Source of the DNA: Azolla caroliniana
Lineage: Eukaryota; Plantae; Polypodiophyta
Length of the DNA stretch: 64,000 nt
Direction: 5' to 3'
Assembly (NCBI GenBank): GCA_043228905.1
Contig: JBHGNT010000006.1
Location: 17,546,001-17,610,000, forward strand
Shown here: positions 25,701 through 37,040 of the stretch, piece by piece
How the letters are laid out: the number at the start of each line of letters is the position of its first letter
How positions within the stretch are numbered: position 1 is the first letter of the stretch
Translations under genes and position numbers: made by a program
The notes under the pieces: model-generated
The model's database searches: none
The model's input: the letters and a program-made list of their open reading frames with translations, nothing else
Told to the model about the DNA's origin: nothing

Positions 25701-26266
25701 GTGTTGGAAGGATGTACTGATATTGCAAATAGGAACATTGCCTCCTTGGGTCCTTCTTCGCGTAGTTGATGGAGTGAAATGGTCGAAACTCGGTGAGTTG
25801 GTTCTTGGGGTGGTCGATATCGGACTTCTCTTGTTCTCCAATCTATGGTTGGATTATGTAATTCAAACCAAGGTAATCCTAGGACAATGGGATGCTCTAG
25901 ACTGCTAATTATATTAAAGGATATTACACACACAAAACTACCTAGGACAACTTGAATGGGTTCTGATTCTTCTACAATATTCCCGGAAGCAATGGGACGA
26001 CCATCAATGACTACTACAGATGCGGGACAAGGAAGTTTTCTTAAGGATATCTGAGAAGCTTGGGCAAAATTTCGATCCATGAAACAGGAATTAGCTCCGG
26101 AATCTAAAAGTGCTAGGATGGGTATTAGGGGAGTACTTTTAGTACTAACAATGACTTGGGCTAGGAACACATTGCTAACTTGCTTGGAAGAAATGGAACC
26201 ACTAATGGGTTGTACAGATCTAGGGCTGTTGTCCAACCAAACGGCTCCTATTTTGGATGGACTCAA
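22781..26266 (-). pseudogene. pol: Tcn1 pol (PR, RT, RNase H, INT, chromodomain) with stops and a frameshift
   Basis: LLDSGA, YLDD, EADASD, SDRGPQF, GPF, YEVVAILD..YLVDW..ERTWEP. Confidence 0.93.
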
Positions 26267-26433
26267 TCGTTTAACTCTTCATCTAATTGACTAAGGATTT
26301 CAAATTTATTTGAGATACTTGGGCTATTAGTACTATGAATACTATCAAACACTCTATTGGTACTATTAATACTATCAGACACTCCTAAGGGAAGAATTGA
26401 CTCGGGTTTAGTACAGGCTACAATTTGATTTAC

Positions 26434-27420
26434 CTATCTTCTTGGCCTATGGGGACAATTGATTGCGATATGCCCTGGTCCACCGCAATAAAGACATAAT
26501 CGATTTGCACGTCGTCGTTGCTTTTCTTCTTCCGATAACGGGCCGTGTCGACGCATGGTATCGATCTCCATCGGTGTCGAAGTATTTGCTTGAGGTATAT
26601 CTCGTGCAAACGGTTTAGCCACGACTACGGCGTAAGCGGGCTCCGGCCTAGCGCGTGGTATCTGTCATTGACGTTCCGAATGTCGTTCGAAAAGGCGGTT
26701 GTCACATCAGACCGCTCGACTGATTGCCTCCATAAGAGACTTTGGTTCTTCGGGGAAAGTTAGAAGTAGATCTTTGACATCATTTCGCAGGCCATAGCGA
26801 AACGGCTCCATTAGTGCTTGATCATCCCAGGGTATGTCTGAAGCGAGTAGGCGGAAATCCGCCGCGTAGGCAGAGGCTGGACGATCGCCTTGACGCAATC
26901 GCCGGATCTTGTTGATCGTCGTCCTGATGTTGTCGGTGTCTCCAAAGCAGGCTTTCAACTCACTAATAAAATCTTCAAAGTTATTAAGCAAGGGCGATTG
27001 TTTTTCTAGAAGCGGAGAGAACCATGTTAAGTCTGAGCCGCTAAGCAATGTGCCTATTAAGCCGACTCGGGATGCATCAGTGGGGTATCGGGAAGGATGC
27101 ATTTGGAGAACTAATCGTACCTGATTAAGGAATCCCCTGAATTGCGATCGCGTTCCATCAAATTTCACAGGAAGTCCAATCTTCGGCTCTTTATGAAATC
27201 CTTGGGGACTTGATCCTTGTTGTTGCAATGCCTCTTCGAGTTGTTGCACCCGTAACGCTAACTCCCCATGTTGTTGTTGTGTTTGTTTCTTTTCTAGAGC
27301 GATTTGTTGCAGATCCCCTATCAGCCGTTGGTTTTCTTGTTCCAAGGCAACAAATTTTTCTTTTAAGCACTGTAGCTCGGAGAAAACGGATTGATATTCC
27401 TGGGCGCTAACAGTAGCCAT
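26434..27420 (-). pseudogene. gag: Tcn1 gag (coiled coil, capsid, CCHC knuckle) with internal stop
   Basis: KFDGTRSQFRGF, LRQG, PMEID, CLYCGGPGHIAINC. Confidence 0.9.
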
Positions 27421-27448
27421 AGTATAGGGAAAAGGGTAGGAGGAGGAA

Positions 27449-27459
27449 AATTGGTTCAA
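27449..27459 (-). promoter_or_regulatory. Self-priming PBS (TTGAACCAATT)
   Basis: 11-nt perfect complement of LTR sequence 27693-27683 near the predicted transcription start. Confidence 0.8.
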
Positions 27460-27461
27460 AT

Positions 27462-27910
27462 TGTCAGGAATAGTACTAAAGCAGAGATGGAATTAGTACT
27501 AAAGAAGAGCAGTACTATTAGTACTAAGGGGACGGGACTACGTAAGATTCCCGAGAGAGGAAGTGAGAAGAGGAGAGAGAGAGAGAGATAACGAGAATGA
27601 GAGAGAGAGAAGGATGATGACAACAACTCTTATATTATGTGAAAAGATAAGTATAAATCGGCTAAGAGGCTTAAGACTGACGTTGAACCAATTTGGTTCA
27701 AAACAATGCCTTGTGCCTCCTTTTATAGTGCTTTTAGGAATAATCCTGAAGCTTCTAGAATGTTCTAGAGAGATCTGAAATATACATCAATTTTCTATGA
27801 TAAAGCATAAATGAAAATAATATCTTACAAATTACAATTCATAGTCTAATGGTAAGAGCTCGACCCATGTAGCATAAGGTCATGGGTTCGAGTCTTGCCA
27901 TATCATGACA
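27462..27910 (-). repeat. 5' LTR of the Tcn1 element
   Basis: TGTCA..TGACA termini; TATA box on the minus strand at 27727-27721. Confidence 0.95.
27842..27900 (+). promoter_or_regulatory. tRNA-like Pol III A-box/B-box module in the Tcn1 5' LTR (antisense to element)
   Basis: tagtctaatggt ... aggt ... ggttcgagtc. Confidence 0.7.
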
Positions 27911-29379
27911 TAACGTGAGTATCGGTGGAAGTCATCGATTATTACACTCGGCACACTTGGACATTGCTTGATCGAGAAGAAGAGCCTTGCTAAATGGGAG
28001 GAGGGCCAAAAAATCAACTGCCTAAGGTTCGATGGCGGGAAACTAAGGTTCGATGGCGGGAAAGAGTATTTTTCCAATCAGTTCTCTAGCTATCCGCAAA
28101 AGGAAGGAATTCTGCGTGAATTCTCTTGCAAATACATGCCGCAGCAGAATGGCATGCCCGAGAGGAAGAACCACACGATTGAAGAAGCGATGAGGGTGAT
28201 GCTTGACGAGAAGCATATGCCAAAAATATATTGGGCCAAAGCTGTCAAAACAGCGGTATACCTACAAAATCGGACTTCTACAAATGGAGGAGTGTCACCA
28301 CACGAGATGTACTCCGGGAAGAAGCTGAATTTGGCACACTTAAGGGTTTTCGGTAGCGTGGCATATATGCATGTGCTGAAGGACAAGCGGAGGAAACTAG
28401 ATGCGCAAGCTGAAAATTGTATCCTGGTCGACGACTCGGATGAGTAGAAGGGTTATACATGTTATAACCCCCGCATGAAAGAGGTCCGAGTAAGCTGAGA
28501 TGTCATTTTTGACGACTCGGCTTCGTGGTACGTGCCTTCACCTCCAACTCACATCCAGTCAAATTCTGAATTCTGAGGATGAGGCAGTGAGGCCGAGATG
28601 CCCCTTGATGAAGAGGAAATCGAAACTCTAGAAGAGAGTCCGATCTCATTTCAGCTAAGTGGGCCGAATGAACGACTGAGTCAAATGGTCCAGTGAGATG
28701 AAGAGCCGGGGAGTAGGGGAGACTTGGCCGTGAAATCCCCATGCCAAAAATCGAGAATATGAAGATACTGGAATATCGCATTGAGGCCGAAATGTCAGAT
28801 CAAAGTGAATCCAACACAGCTAGAACCAAGGAGGGACCTCCGAAAACTAGGTCGAAGTCGACCAAGAGGGTCACGAAATCGCCAAACTAGAAGTTGCACG
28901 GATCCACCCGCCAAATGAATCCCGTATTTTGGTACGTATACAATGAGTATATGACGCATCATTATGCGTATATGGAGAAGGTGGCAAATGTGCATCATTA
29001 ACCAGAAGTGCTCAAGGACGCAAATTGGTGTGCCTCTATGGAGGAAGAGATGTGCACGCTAACGGACAACGAGACTTGGGACCTCGTTGATGCCAATCGG
29101 ATGAAGGTGGGTGTACACGGTGTCGTGAAGAAAAACGTCCCTTAGCGCAATCGGTGCATAGAGCGCGTGATTCGTTAATATACAAACACTTGCGTCTCCC
29201 TGTCTCTGTGTCCATTCGCATCTTCTGTGTTGACGGGCTGTGCCCCCTGTGTTTCTTTGCTCATACGTGACCGGGCGTCTCTCTCTTTCTCTTTCCCCTT
29301 CTATCCCCTGCTCTTCGGTGCAAGACCCCGGTGGTCCCGCCTCGTTTCTCCACGCACGCGTGTAGCAACGCGACATATT

Positions 29380-29397
29380 TGGTGAACCCGACGTGAA
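29380..29397 (+). promoter_or_regulatory. PBS complementary to the 3' end of tRNA-Trp
   Basis: TGGTGAACCCGACGTGAA is the reverse complement of the plant tRNA-Trp 3' end as I recall it (TTCACGTCGGGTTCACCA); also at 43675-43692 and, with one mismatch, at 59465-59482. Confidence 0.85.
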
Positions 29398-29419
29398 CAA
29401 GGCGGCAGAGGAGCAGAAG

Positions 29420-31560
29420 ATGAGGGGGTCGGATCTTGCAGAGGCTATGGCTTCGGCCGTGGACCGGATAGTGAGCGCGCGCGAGGGCACCGGTGCCCTT
29501 GACAGGGCTATTGAGGCGATCGTCGGTATGATCGGCCGGTTCAGTGGAAAGGATGCCACGAGTTATTTGGCGTCCTACCGGGCGGAGATGTTGATGAGGG
29601 ATATTCCGGAAGAGAGGCGTCTTGCCAGATTTCCTCGAGTGGCGATGCCGGGCATCCATGCGGAGGTGCTCGAGGTCCGGGCGGAGAGCCGAACCTGGGA
29701 GGACTTCAAAGGACGGCTCCTAGAGAAACACGAGCTGGATGACGCGCTTCGACTTTCGAAGCGGGGCCTCATGGAGTGGGTGGAGTCCCCCAACAAAAGA
29801 AGAAATGCGTCAGTACTTCTCCGGGAGTTTGAGGAATGCTTTGCGCACCTTTCGGCACTCGATCGGACCGTCCTGGACACAAGTCGTGTCCTACTGTTTG
29901 TCAAATCGGTTGACGCACGGGATCGGGGGCAAGTTGGCTCCTTACTGGAAACCGAAGATGGGCTGACGGCCGACTGGGCCGCGGTAAAAAGAGTCTGCGG
30001 CCGTTTTGACAAACGGTGGGAGTGGGCTGATACAGAGGCGACCGGGCTGATACAGAGGCGATCGGGGCGGGACCTGTCGCAGCAAGGAAGCTCGAACCGA
30101 TACCGCAGGCGCGAAGGGAAGAGGAGTGGCTCGAAACCGGTTCGTCTTCGACCGGCGTGATCAGAGGCTCGTCCGGGGGAACAGCTCTGGAGGAGTTGAC
30201 ACGAGCGGTAAAGGATCTCCAGATCGCCCAGGCTCGGAGGGAAGGCGGCGATCAGGCTCGTGACCGACGGCCTCCGGAAGGAAGTAGGTGCATGTGGTGC
30301 GACGAGGTCGGCCACATCCGGAAAAACTGCGGGGACTTTATGGAGGTTTTGAGAAGCCGGGTAGTGTACCTGTGGGAAGGTCGGGTGCACGCCAGTGATA
30401 CCCGGAGGGCCCTGAACCGAAATGACGGGCGAGAAGGAATGAAAAGGCTGATGGAAGAGGCGGCAACCCGGCACGCGGAGACCGTCCACTACTCAGCGTC
30501 AGCCGGTATTCGGGTCGGAGGCAGCGAGGCCCGGAAGGAGAGCAAAGCCGGGTTCTGGCCGACGGTGCTGGAAGGCCTCGCCGGTGCCCGACTAAAGAGA
30601 GACGAGGCGGACCGCGCGGAGAAGCGGGTCGAGGAGGTAACCGGGTGGAGTGACCCGGTCGAAGAAAAAATGGGTTTCGTCGAAGCAGCTTGCCAGAACT
30701 ATGAGGCTCTGGTTGAAGACAAACGGGTAGGTAAAACCAAAGGGGCCGGACCCTCACAGAGATACGAAACCGGATTCGGGCCGAAACGGAACGAGGCCGG
30801 TTAGTCCAGTGCCTGGGATAACCACAAGAAGGGCAGATACCGTTTGGGCACGGAGATCGAAAGGGCCACGGACCTACGAAAGGTCTTGGAAGAACGAATC
30901 CTCGACAGCAAAGTAGATTTGTCGTTGCGGGAGGTGCTCGGAATCGCCAAGAAGGAGTTCCACGACTCCATCGTAGACTTGGTGAAGGGGAAGAGGCTGT
31001 CGACGGAGGCAGAACCGGAAAGGCCGGCGGAGGTGCGGACGGCGCACATAGAGGACATGGCACTGGAAGACGAGTGGGCGGAGAGCCACTATTCGAGGCC
31101 ACACTGGGCCCGAGCGACCACGGAAACCCCGGTGAAGATCGGAGACGTTCAGGAACCGGTGGTGGCGCTGGTGGACCACGGTTCAGAAATAAACCTGATG
31201 TCCATGGACTTCTACAAGAAGGGGAAATGGCCGATCAACACCAAGCACGGGTGGAAGTTACGGGCAGCGACGCGCACCACCGAGGAACTACACGGGGCCT
31301 GCCCAAACGTGCGAGTCAAGATCGGCAACATCGAGATAGACCAGCACTTCTTTGTGCAGGAGACGTCCTCGCACCCGGTCATACTGGGAGAACCGTACAT
31401 TACGGCAGCGCGAATGGAGACCAAGGTGCTGCACAACGGGTCGGCTTATGCGAGGGTCAAGAGTCAGGACGAGCATCATTCGGTCCAGTTCCTGACGGTG
31501 CGACCGAACCACGAGCGAAACCGCGAGTCCCTCAGTGGCAAGAACCGAGAGGATTTTTAG
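29420..31560 (+). pseudogene. gag: Phygy copy 1 gag-protease ORF (frameshifted, one stop)
   Basis: GRFSGKDATSYL capsid region, CMWCDEVGHIRKNC knuckle, LVDHGSEIN protease, ILGEPY; ends GAT TTT TAG. Confidence 0.85.
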
Positions 31561-34500
31561 AGAGGGTTGTCAAGGCATGGGGCCGCGACAGTCCGGACAC
31601 TCCGGGAAAACCCCACAAATGTACGATAGAGGCGAAACCGAAGAAACCCCACAAATGTACGATAGAGGCGAAACTGAAGTTTTGTTTCTCCAACAACGGA
31701 GGGTGTACGATAGTCGGCGTCGTAGGCCGAGAAAAGACAAGGGCGGAAGAGCGACTTCGGGCGTGCGGAGTTCTCGGGCCCAGCGAGGAAATCAACGGAG
31801 CCGTGGAGGCGGTCTCCTTCGACGATACCTTGGGAATACTGCGAGAGGTGGTCAGAGAGGGCCTTAAAGAGGACCGGACGATACCGGTTTGTCCAGAAGA
31901 GATGTACGAAGTCATCGCGGACTTCAGTCGAGGGCTCGAGTTGGATCGGACGGCACGGGTTAACATGAAGTACAAGACTGTGGACCGGAAGGTAAGGCCA
32001 GTCGCGGCACCCTTACCGGAGGGCAGCGAGTTGCGAATCAAGGGGGTCGCGTCGGACCCCAGTTTACGAGATCCGGCCTGCATAGGGCACGCCTTCACCG
32101 ACAGAACGCTACGGGAGCTCAAAATCGGTTTCGGAGAATGCTCGGAAGGCACGGGAAAGCCTTCGCATTCTCACCGGAGGAGATCGGGTGCGTAGACCCG
32201 ATAGTCGTGAAGCCGATGGTGATATTCACGGTACCGCATGTGCCGTGGAATCTCAAGCCAATTTCGGTACCAAGAGCTCACATCCCGGAGCTGATGGAGC
32301 TATTGAGGCAGAAAGTCGATATGGGCATCCTCGAACCGTCGAGTGCCCCGTACTCGAACCGGTGGTTTACCGTACCGAAGAAGAACGGGACATTGCGCTT
32401 CATTCAAAACCTGCAATCGGTCAACAGAGTGACCATTCGGAATGCAGGAATCGGACCAACGATAGACGAGTTCGCGGAGGCCTTCGCCGGAAGGTCGATC
32501 TACTCGGTCGGTGATCTGTACTCGGGGTACGACCAGTTCCAACTAGCCGTAGAGAGCAGAGACATTACGACGATGCGGACTCCTCTCGGCCTAGTGCGGA
32601 TGTGTACCCTGCCACAAGGAGGGACGAACTCGGTGGCCCACATGGTGAATGCGATGAACAAGGTGTTGAGGGATTGTATCCCGGACATCACCATGCCATT
32701 CTTAGACGACATCCCGATCAAGGGATGTCCGGTGGAGAAAAAGGACGAAACGATCGGGCCGGACGGATGCCGGAAATTCGTGGTGACACACATTGACGAC
32801 TGCGAGAGGGTACTGCAGAGGCTAGAGGACGCGAGGCTCACCTTCTCCGGGGAGAAATCGGCCTTCGGGCAATCGGAGATCATGGTCGTCGGACATCTAT
32901 GCGGAGCGTATGGCCGGAAACCGTCTCCGGCTAAGGTGGAAGCCATCTCCGCTATGAAGCCCGATTGTAACTCGGTCACAGAAGTACGAAGGTTCGTGGG
33001 AGCATGCGCATTCTACCACATATGGATCCCGCATTACGCCCACGTTGCCGAACCGCTATATGGGTTGCTGAAAAAGGGGCGAAGATTCGAGTGGCGAGAC
33101 GAGCATACGGAGTCGGTCCGGAAGATGAAGGAGGCTCTTGCTGCAGCTCCAGCACTCCGGAAGGTTGTCTACGAGAAAGGCACTCCCATCTACATAACGG
33201 TAGATACAAGTCCAACCGGGATCGGATGGGTCGTCAACCAAGAAGATGAGGACGGCATTGAGTTCCCAATCCGGTTCGGTGCGAAGGTCCTCAGCGAGCG
33301 ACAACGAGGATCGCCCAGGTTAAACGCGAACTCTGGGGTATCATTTCAGCAGTGAAGGCCGATAAAGACTATCTGGTCGGGACAGAGGTGATTATCGAGA
33401 CGGACTGCCTGCCGATTCTCGGCATGGTTTCCGGATGCGCAACCCCGGACCTGGCAATGCTCAGGTGGATAGCGTACATCAAGTCCCTGGATCCGGAAAT
33501 ACGACACATTTCCGGGAAAGACAATGCCATGGCCGACATGCTTTCGAGGGTGCGATTCGACGACGAGGGCGGCATGGTTTCGGAGGATGAGGAAGTCGGC
33601 GTGGACTTCTTCGAGGCGGCTTACGTAACAACCGAGGGGGGGAGCACTCCGGCGCTTAACAATTTCAACGAGAGCAAGTACGATGGGGAGTGGCTGCAGA
33701 TTGGGGGATTCTTGAGGACGATGACACCGGACGTGTCATGGACAAAGGAAGAGGCCAACCGGATCCGGAAGAAAGCGTACCGATTCTTTCTTCGGGACGG
33801 ATACTTGTGGAAGCACCCGAAGAAGAGAAACGACATCCCGCTCCGAGTAGTGGCGATGAAGGAGGAACAGAAGGAGTTACTGAAGGCCTACCACGACAGC
33901 CCCTGGGCTGGACACCGTGGAACGTGGGCCACGTTCGAGAAACTAAAGGGGAAGTACTGGTGGTCGGGACTGTACCGGGACGTGCATTGGTTCGTGATGA
34001 CTTGTGAGAGCTGTCAGATACACTCCATAGTCCGACATCGGGACGAGCTTCACCCTACATACCCTCCGGCCATCCACTTCAAATGGATGGTAGATTTGGT
34101 GATGACACCGATGGGCGTAGGGCAGATGCAATATCTGGTGCTGGCCCGGGAGGACCTGACGAACCAGGTGGAAGGCCGAGCCTTGCAGAACAAAACAACC
34201 GCGGTCATGTGTCGGTTCCTGATCGAGGACGTGATATGCCGGTACGGGTGCGTCGGAAAGATCGTGGCTGACCGCGGGGAGTTGGACGCCGAAGAGGCCG
34301 AGGAGTTGTTCGACCAGTTAGGGGTCAAGCTCTCGCTCACCACAGCGTACAATCCAGAGGCAAACGGGAAGGTGGAGCGCGGGCACAGACCGATCGTCAA
34401 AGCGCTAGTCCGGGCGTGCGAAGGACAGGTCGGGAACTGGCCACGACTGTTACCCTATGCCTTGTGGGCGGACCGGACAACGCACAGTTCGGTAACCGGG

Positions 34501-35000
34501 TTCATGCCGTCAAAGCTCATGTTCGGACAGAAGCCGATCATGCCGATGGAACGGACGATCTCCTCTTGGGCGACAGTAGACTGGAGAGACTGCTAGCGGC
34601 GCATATACGGCAGCTCGAGCGGAGGCCAGAGGACGTGGAACGAGCGGCGGAGAGACTTTGGACGGCGAGGATAAGGAACAAAGCCCGGTTCGACCGAACG
34701 CACCGGCTCTGACCAAAGAAAATCGAGGAAGGCGACTGGGTGCTAGTCTACGACAACAGCCTCGATAACCAGCACCGGGCAACACGGAAGTTTGCAAAGC
34801 GGTGGTTCGGGCCTTAGGTGGTAACGAGCGCCAACGACAACGGGACGTATCACTTGGCGGAACTCGACGGTACAAGGATGGCGATACCAGTGGCGGGGAA
34901 GCGGATCAAAGCGTTCAAGAAGTGCCAACGGCGAACCGGACCTAAGAGGCCTGGACAGCGGCGACGAACAGTCCGAAACGGAGGACGAAACAATGGACGA
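31551..35000 (+). pseudogene. pol: Phygy copy 1 pol (RT, RNase H, integrase), starting in the -1 frame, with secondary frameshifts
   Basis: DLYSGYDQ, LPQG, FLDD, TVDTS, ETDC, HHCC, ADRG, EANGKVE, WFGP. Confidence 0.88.
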
Positions 35001-35083
35001 AGAACTGGAACTCGGGCCGGTTTTCTCCAACCAGAGCACAATTTTGGCGCATACCGGTGGATGCGTGGTTAGGTGGGGGCGGA

Positions 35084-35736
35084 TGTCGTGAAGAAAACCG
35101 TCCCTTTGCGCAATCGGTGCATAGAGCGCGTGAACTGGCTCTTCACGCGTGCGCGCCCTTTAATGTATATAATAGGGAATTTGGTACATAGGCATATCCG
35201 GGGGTAGTTAGATTCAGTAGGTAGGAAGTAAATGAGGGAGACGGCTCCCTTCCTTAAGCTATAAAGGAGAGGGAGACGCGGGGAGAAAGGGATCGCGCAT
35301 TAAGGAGGACGAAGTGTTGTCGGACCGTAACCGAACGCTTCTCCTCTGTTCGTTCTCCATCGCTCTTCTCTGCAGGGTTTCGGGAGGCTCGCGCTGCTTC
35401 GAGGAACGCCCATGTGCTTCCGGCAGCACCTCCACCCTTTTCTCCTTTTGTGCGCAGACGAACAGGCATCGGCATCTGTTCGCCAGCCTGTTCGGTTGTA
35501 ACCGCTCGCGTGCTCTGTTATGTATTTGATATTCGTTAATATACAAACACTTGTGTCTCCCTGTCTCTGTGTCCATTCGCGTCTTCTGTGTTGACAGGCC
35601 ATGTCCCCTGTGTTTCTTTGCTCATAGGTGACCGGGTGTCTCTCTCTTTCTCTTTCCCCTTCTATCCCCTGTTCTTTGGTGCAAGACCCCGGTGGTCCCG
35701 CCTCGTTTCTCCACACACGTGCGTAGCAACGCGACA
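35084..35736 (+). repeat. 3' LTR of Phygy copy 1 (653 bp)
   Basis: tgtcgtgaagaaaa...gcgaca; both ends match 29121-29375. Confidence 0.92.
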
Positions 35737-37040
35737 ACGGTGCAATACAACACCGACGACTCGGTCAACCGATATAAGGCCCGATTAGTGGCGAAGGGCT
35801 ACACGTAGAAACACTGCATCGATTATGATGAGACCTTCGCACCAGTCGTGAAGATGAAGACTGTGCATGTATTGTTGGAGGTAGCAACGGCAAAAGGGTG
35901 GCACTCACATCAAATGGATGTAAAGAATGTGTTCCTACAAGGCAATCTTCAAAATGGTACAACCCCTTGGATTTCTATCCGAACGAAACACCTCGACAAT
36001 TTGTCGATTGAAGAAGTCGTTGTATGGACTGAAGCAAGCCCCGCATGCCTAGAACGCAAAGATCACGCAAAGGTTGCGTAAGATGGGGTTAGCTTCATCA
36101 AAATCGGACTCTTCATTGTTCGTTCGGCCGAGTCGGACTACCGATAAGCATTCTACAATATGTCGATGATCTAGTCATTGCCAGTGTTGACCTTAGAGAA
36201 ATCGGCCAAGTAAAGTCTCAGCTTGCGGCATCATTCAAAATGAAGGACCTGGGGAACCTTCATTACATCCTCAGGATCGAAGTGATCCGAACCCCCGAAG
36301 GCATATTGATCAACCAATGCCACTACGTGTTGAATATGATCTTCAAGTTCAGGATGGCAGAGTGTAAGTCCATCTCAACCCCTCTGGACCAAAACATGAA
36401 GCTTCACCGAGATTCAGGAAGGCTTGCGACCAGACACAATTCCGAAAAATTGTCGGGAGCCTTATCTATTTGTCTATCACTCGGCCGGACCTCAGCTACC
36501 CGGTCGGCCAGATGAGTCAATTCATCTCGCAACCAAAGGTTGAACATTTGCAGTGCGCACAAAGGATATTGCGATATGTGAGCGGCACTAAGGACAGGGC
36601 GTTGTTTTATCGTGCAGGAGTAACTGAAGAGGTAGTGGGCGATAAGGATGTCGATTGGGACGGAAATGCCGACGATCGCAAGTTGGCGTTATATTGGGAA
36701 GCACTGCGATCACGTAGAGCAGTAAAAAGCAGTCAACACTGGCACTGTCAAGCACTAAGGCTGAGTATCGTGCGAAGCCATTTTTCTCAAAAGTCTACTA
36801 AGGGATCTACATGTAGAGGTGTCCAAACCGACAGGCATTTTCTGAGACAACCTCAGCAACATCCAGTTAGCGAAGCATCCTTTCTTCCACGCCCGGACAA
36901 AGCACATCGAGGTGCACTATCATTTTGTCTGTGAGTGTCCTCTCTGTTACCGATTAGGAACACGGTCTTCAGTCAGTCCTTCGACCTAGACCTCAAGGTG
37001 ACTGCGTTGCTACGAATGGTACCGTCGTACCGTAATACGT

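Larger units (their letters stand above)
22330..27910 (-). mobile_element. Ty3/Gypsy chromovirus, Tcn1-type (self-priming)
   Basis: LTRs 27462-27910 (5') and 22330-22780 (3'); TSD taacg; gag-PR-RT-RH-INT-chromodomain; no tRNA PBS. Confidence 0.95.
29121..35736 (+). mobile_element. tRNA-Trp-primed non-chromovirus Ty3/Gypsy (Phygy-type), copy 1
   Basis: 5' LTR 29121-29375 (internally deleted), 3' LTR 35084-35736; 4-bp TSD acgg; PBS tggtgaacccgacgtgaa; PPT aggtgggggcgga. Confidence 0.93.
19767..36944 (+). mobile_element. Degraded Copia element D inserted in the 3' LTR of B; hosts a solo LTR, the Tcn1 element and a Phygy-type element; 3' end lost
   Basis: 5' LTR 19767-20152, PBS tggtatcagagc at 20153; gag, PR, INT, RT and RNase H remnants colinear across the nested insertions; ends within RNase H. 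Confidence 0.9.

Noticed and set aside
27835-27905. Functional tRNA gene inside the LTR (also 58775-58845 and 37381-37450)
   Set aside because: Acceptor and anticodon stems do not pair convincingly and the T-stem is offset by one nucleotide; only promoter boxes and spacing are kept, so it is called a regulatory module.
28022-28062. Short tandem duplications (also ~30023-30061 and 31608-31674)
   Set aside because: Copy-specific slippage or repair duplications absent from sister copies.
29575-31102. Long antisense ORFs (304 aa, 254 aa) and similar shadow ORFs over other elements
   Set aside because: They overlap GC-rich gag/pol on the opposite strand, have no motifs and are not kept between the two related copies.
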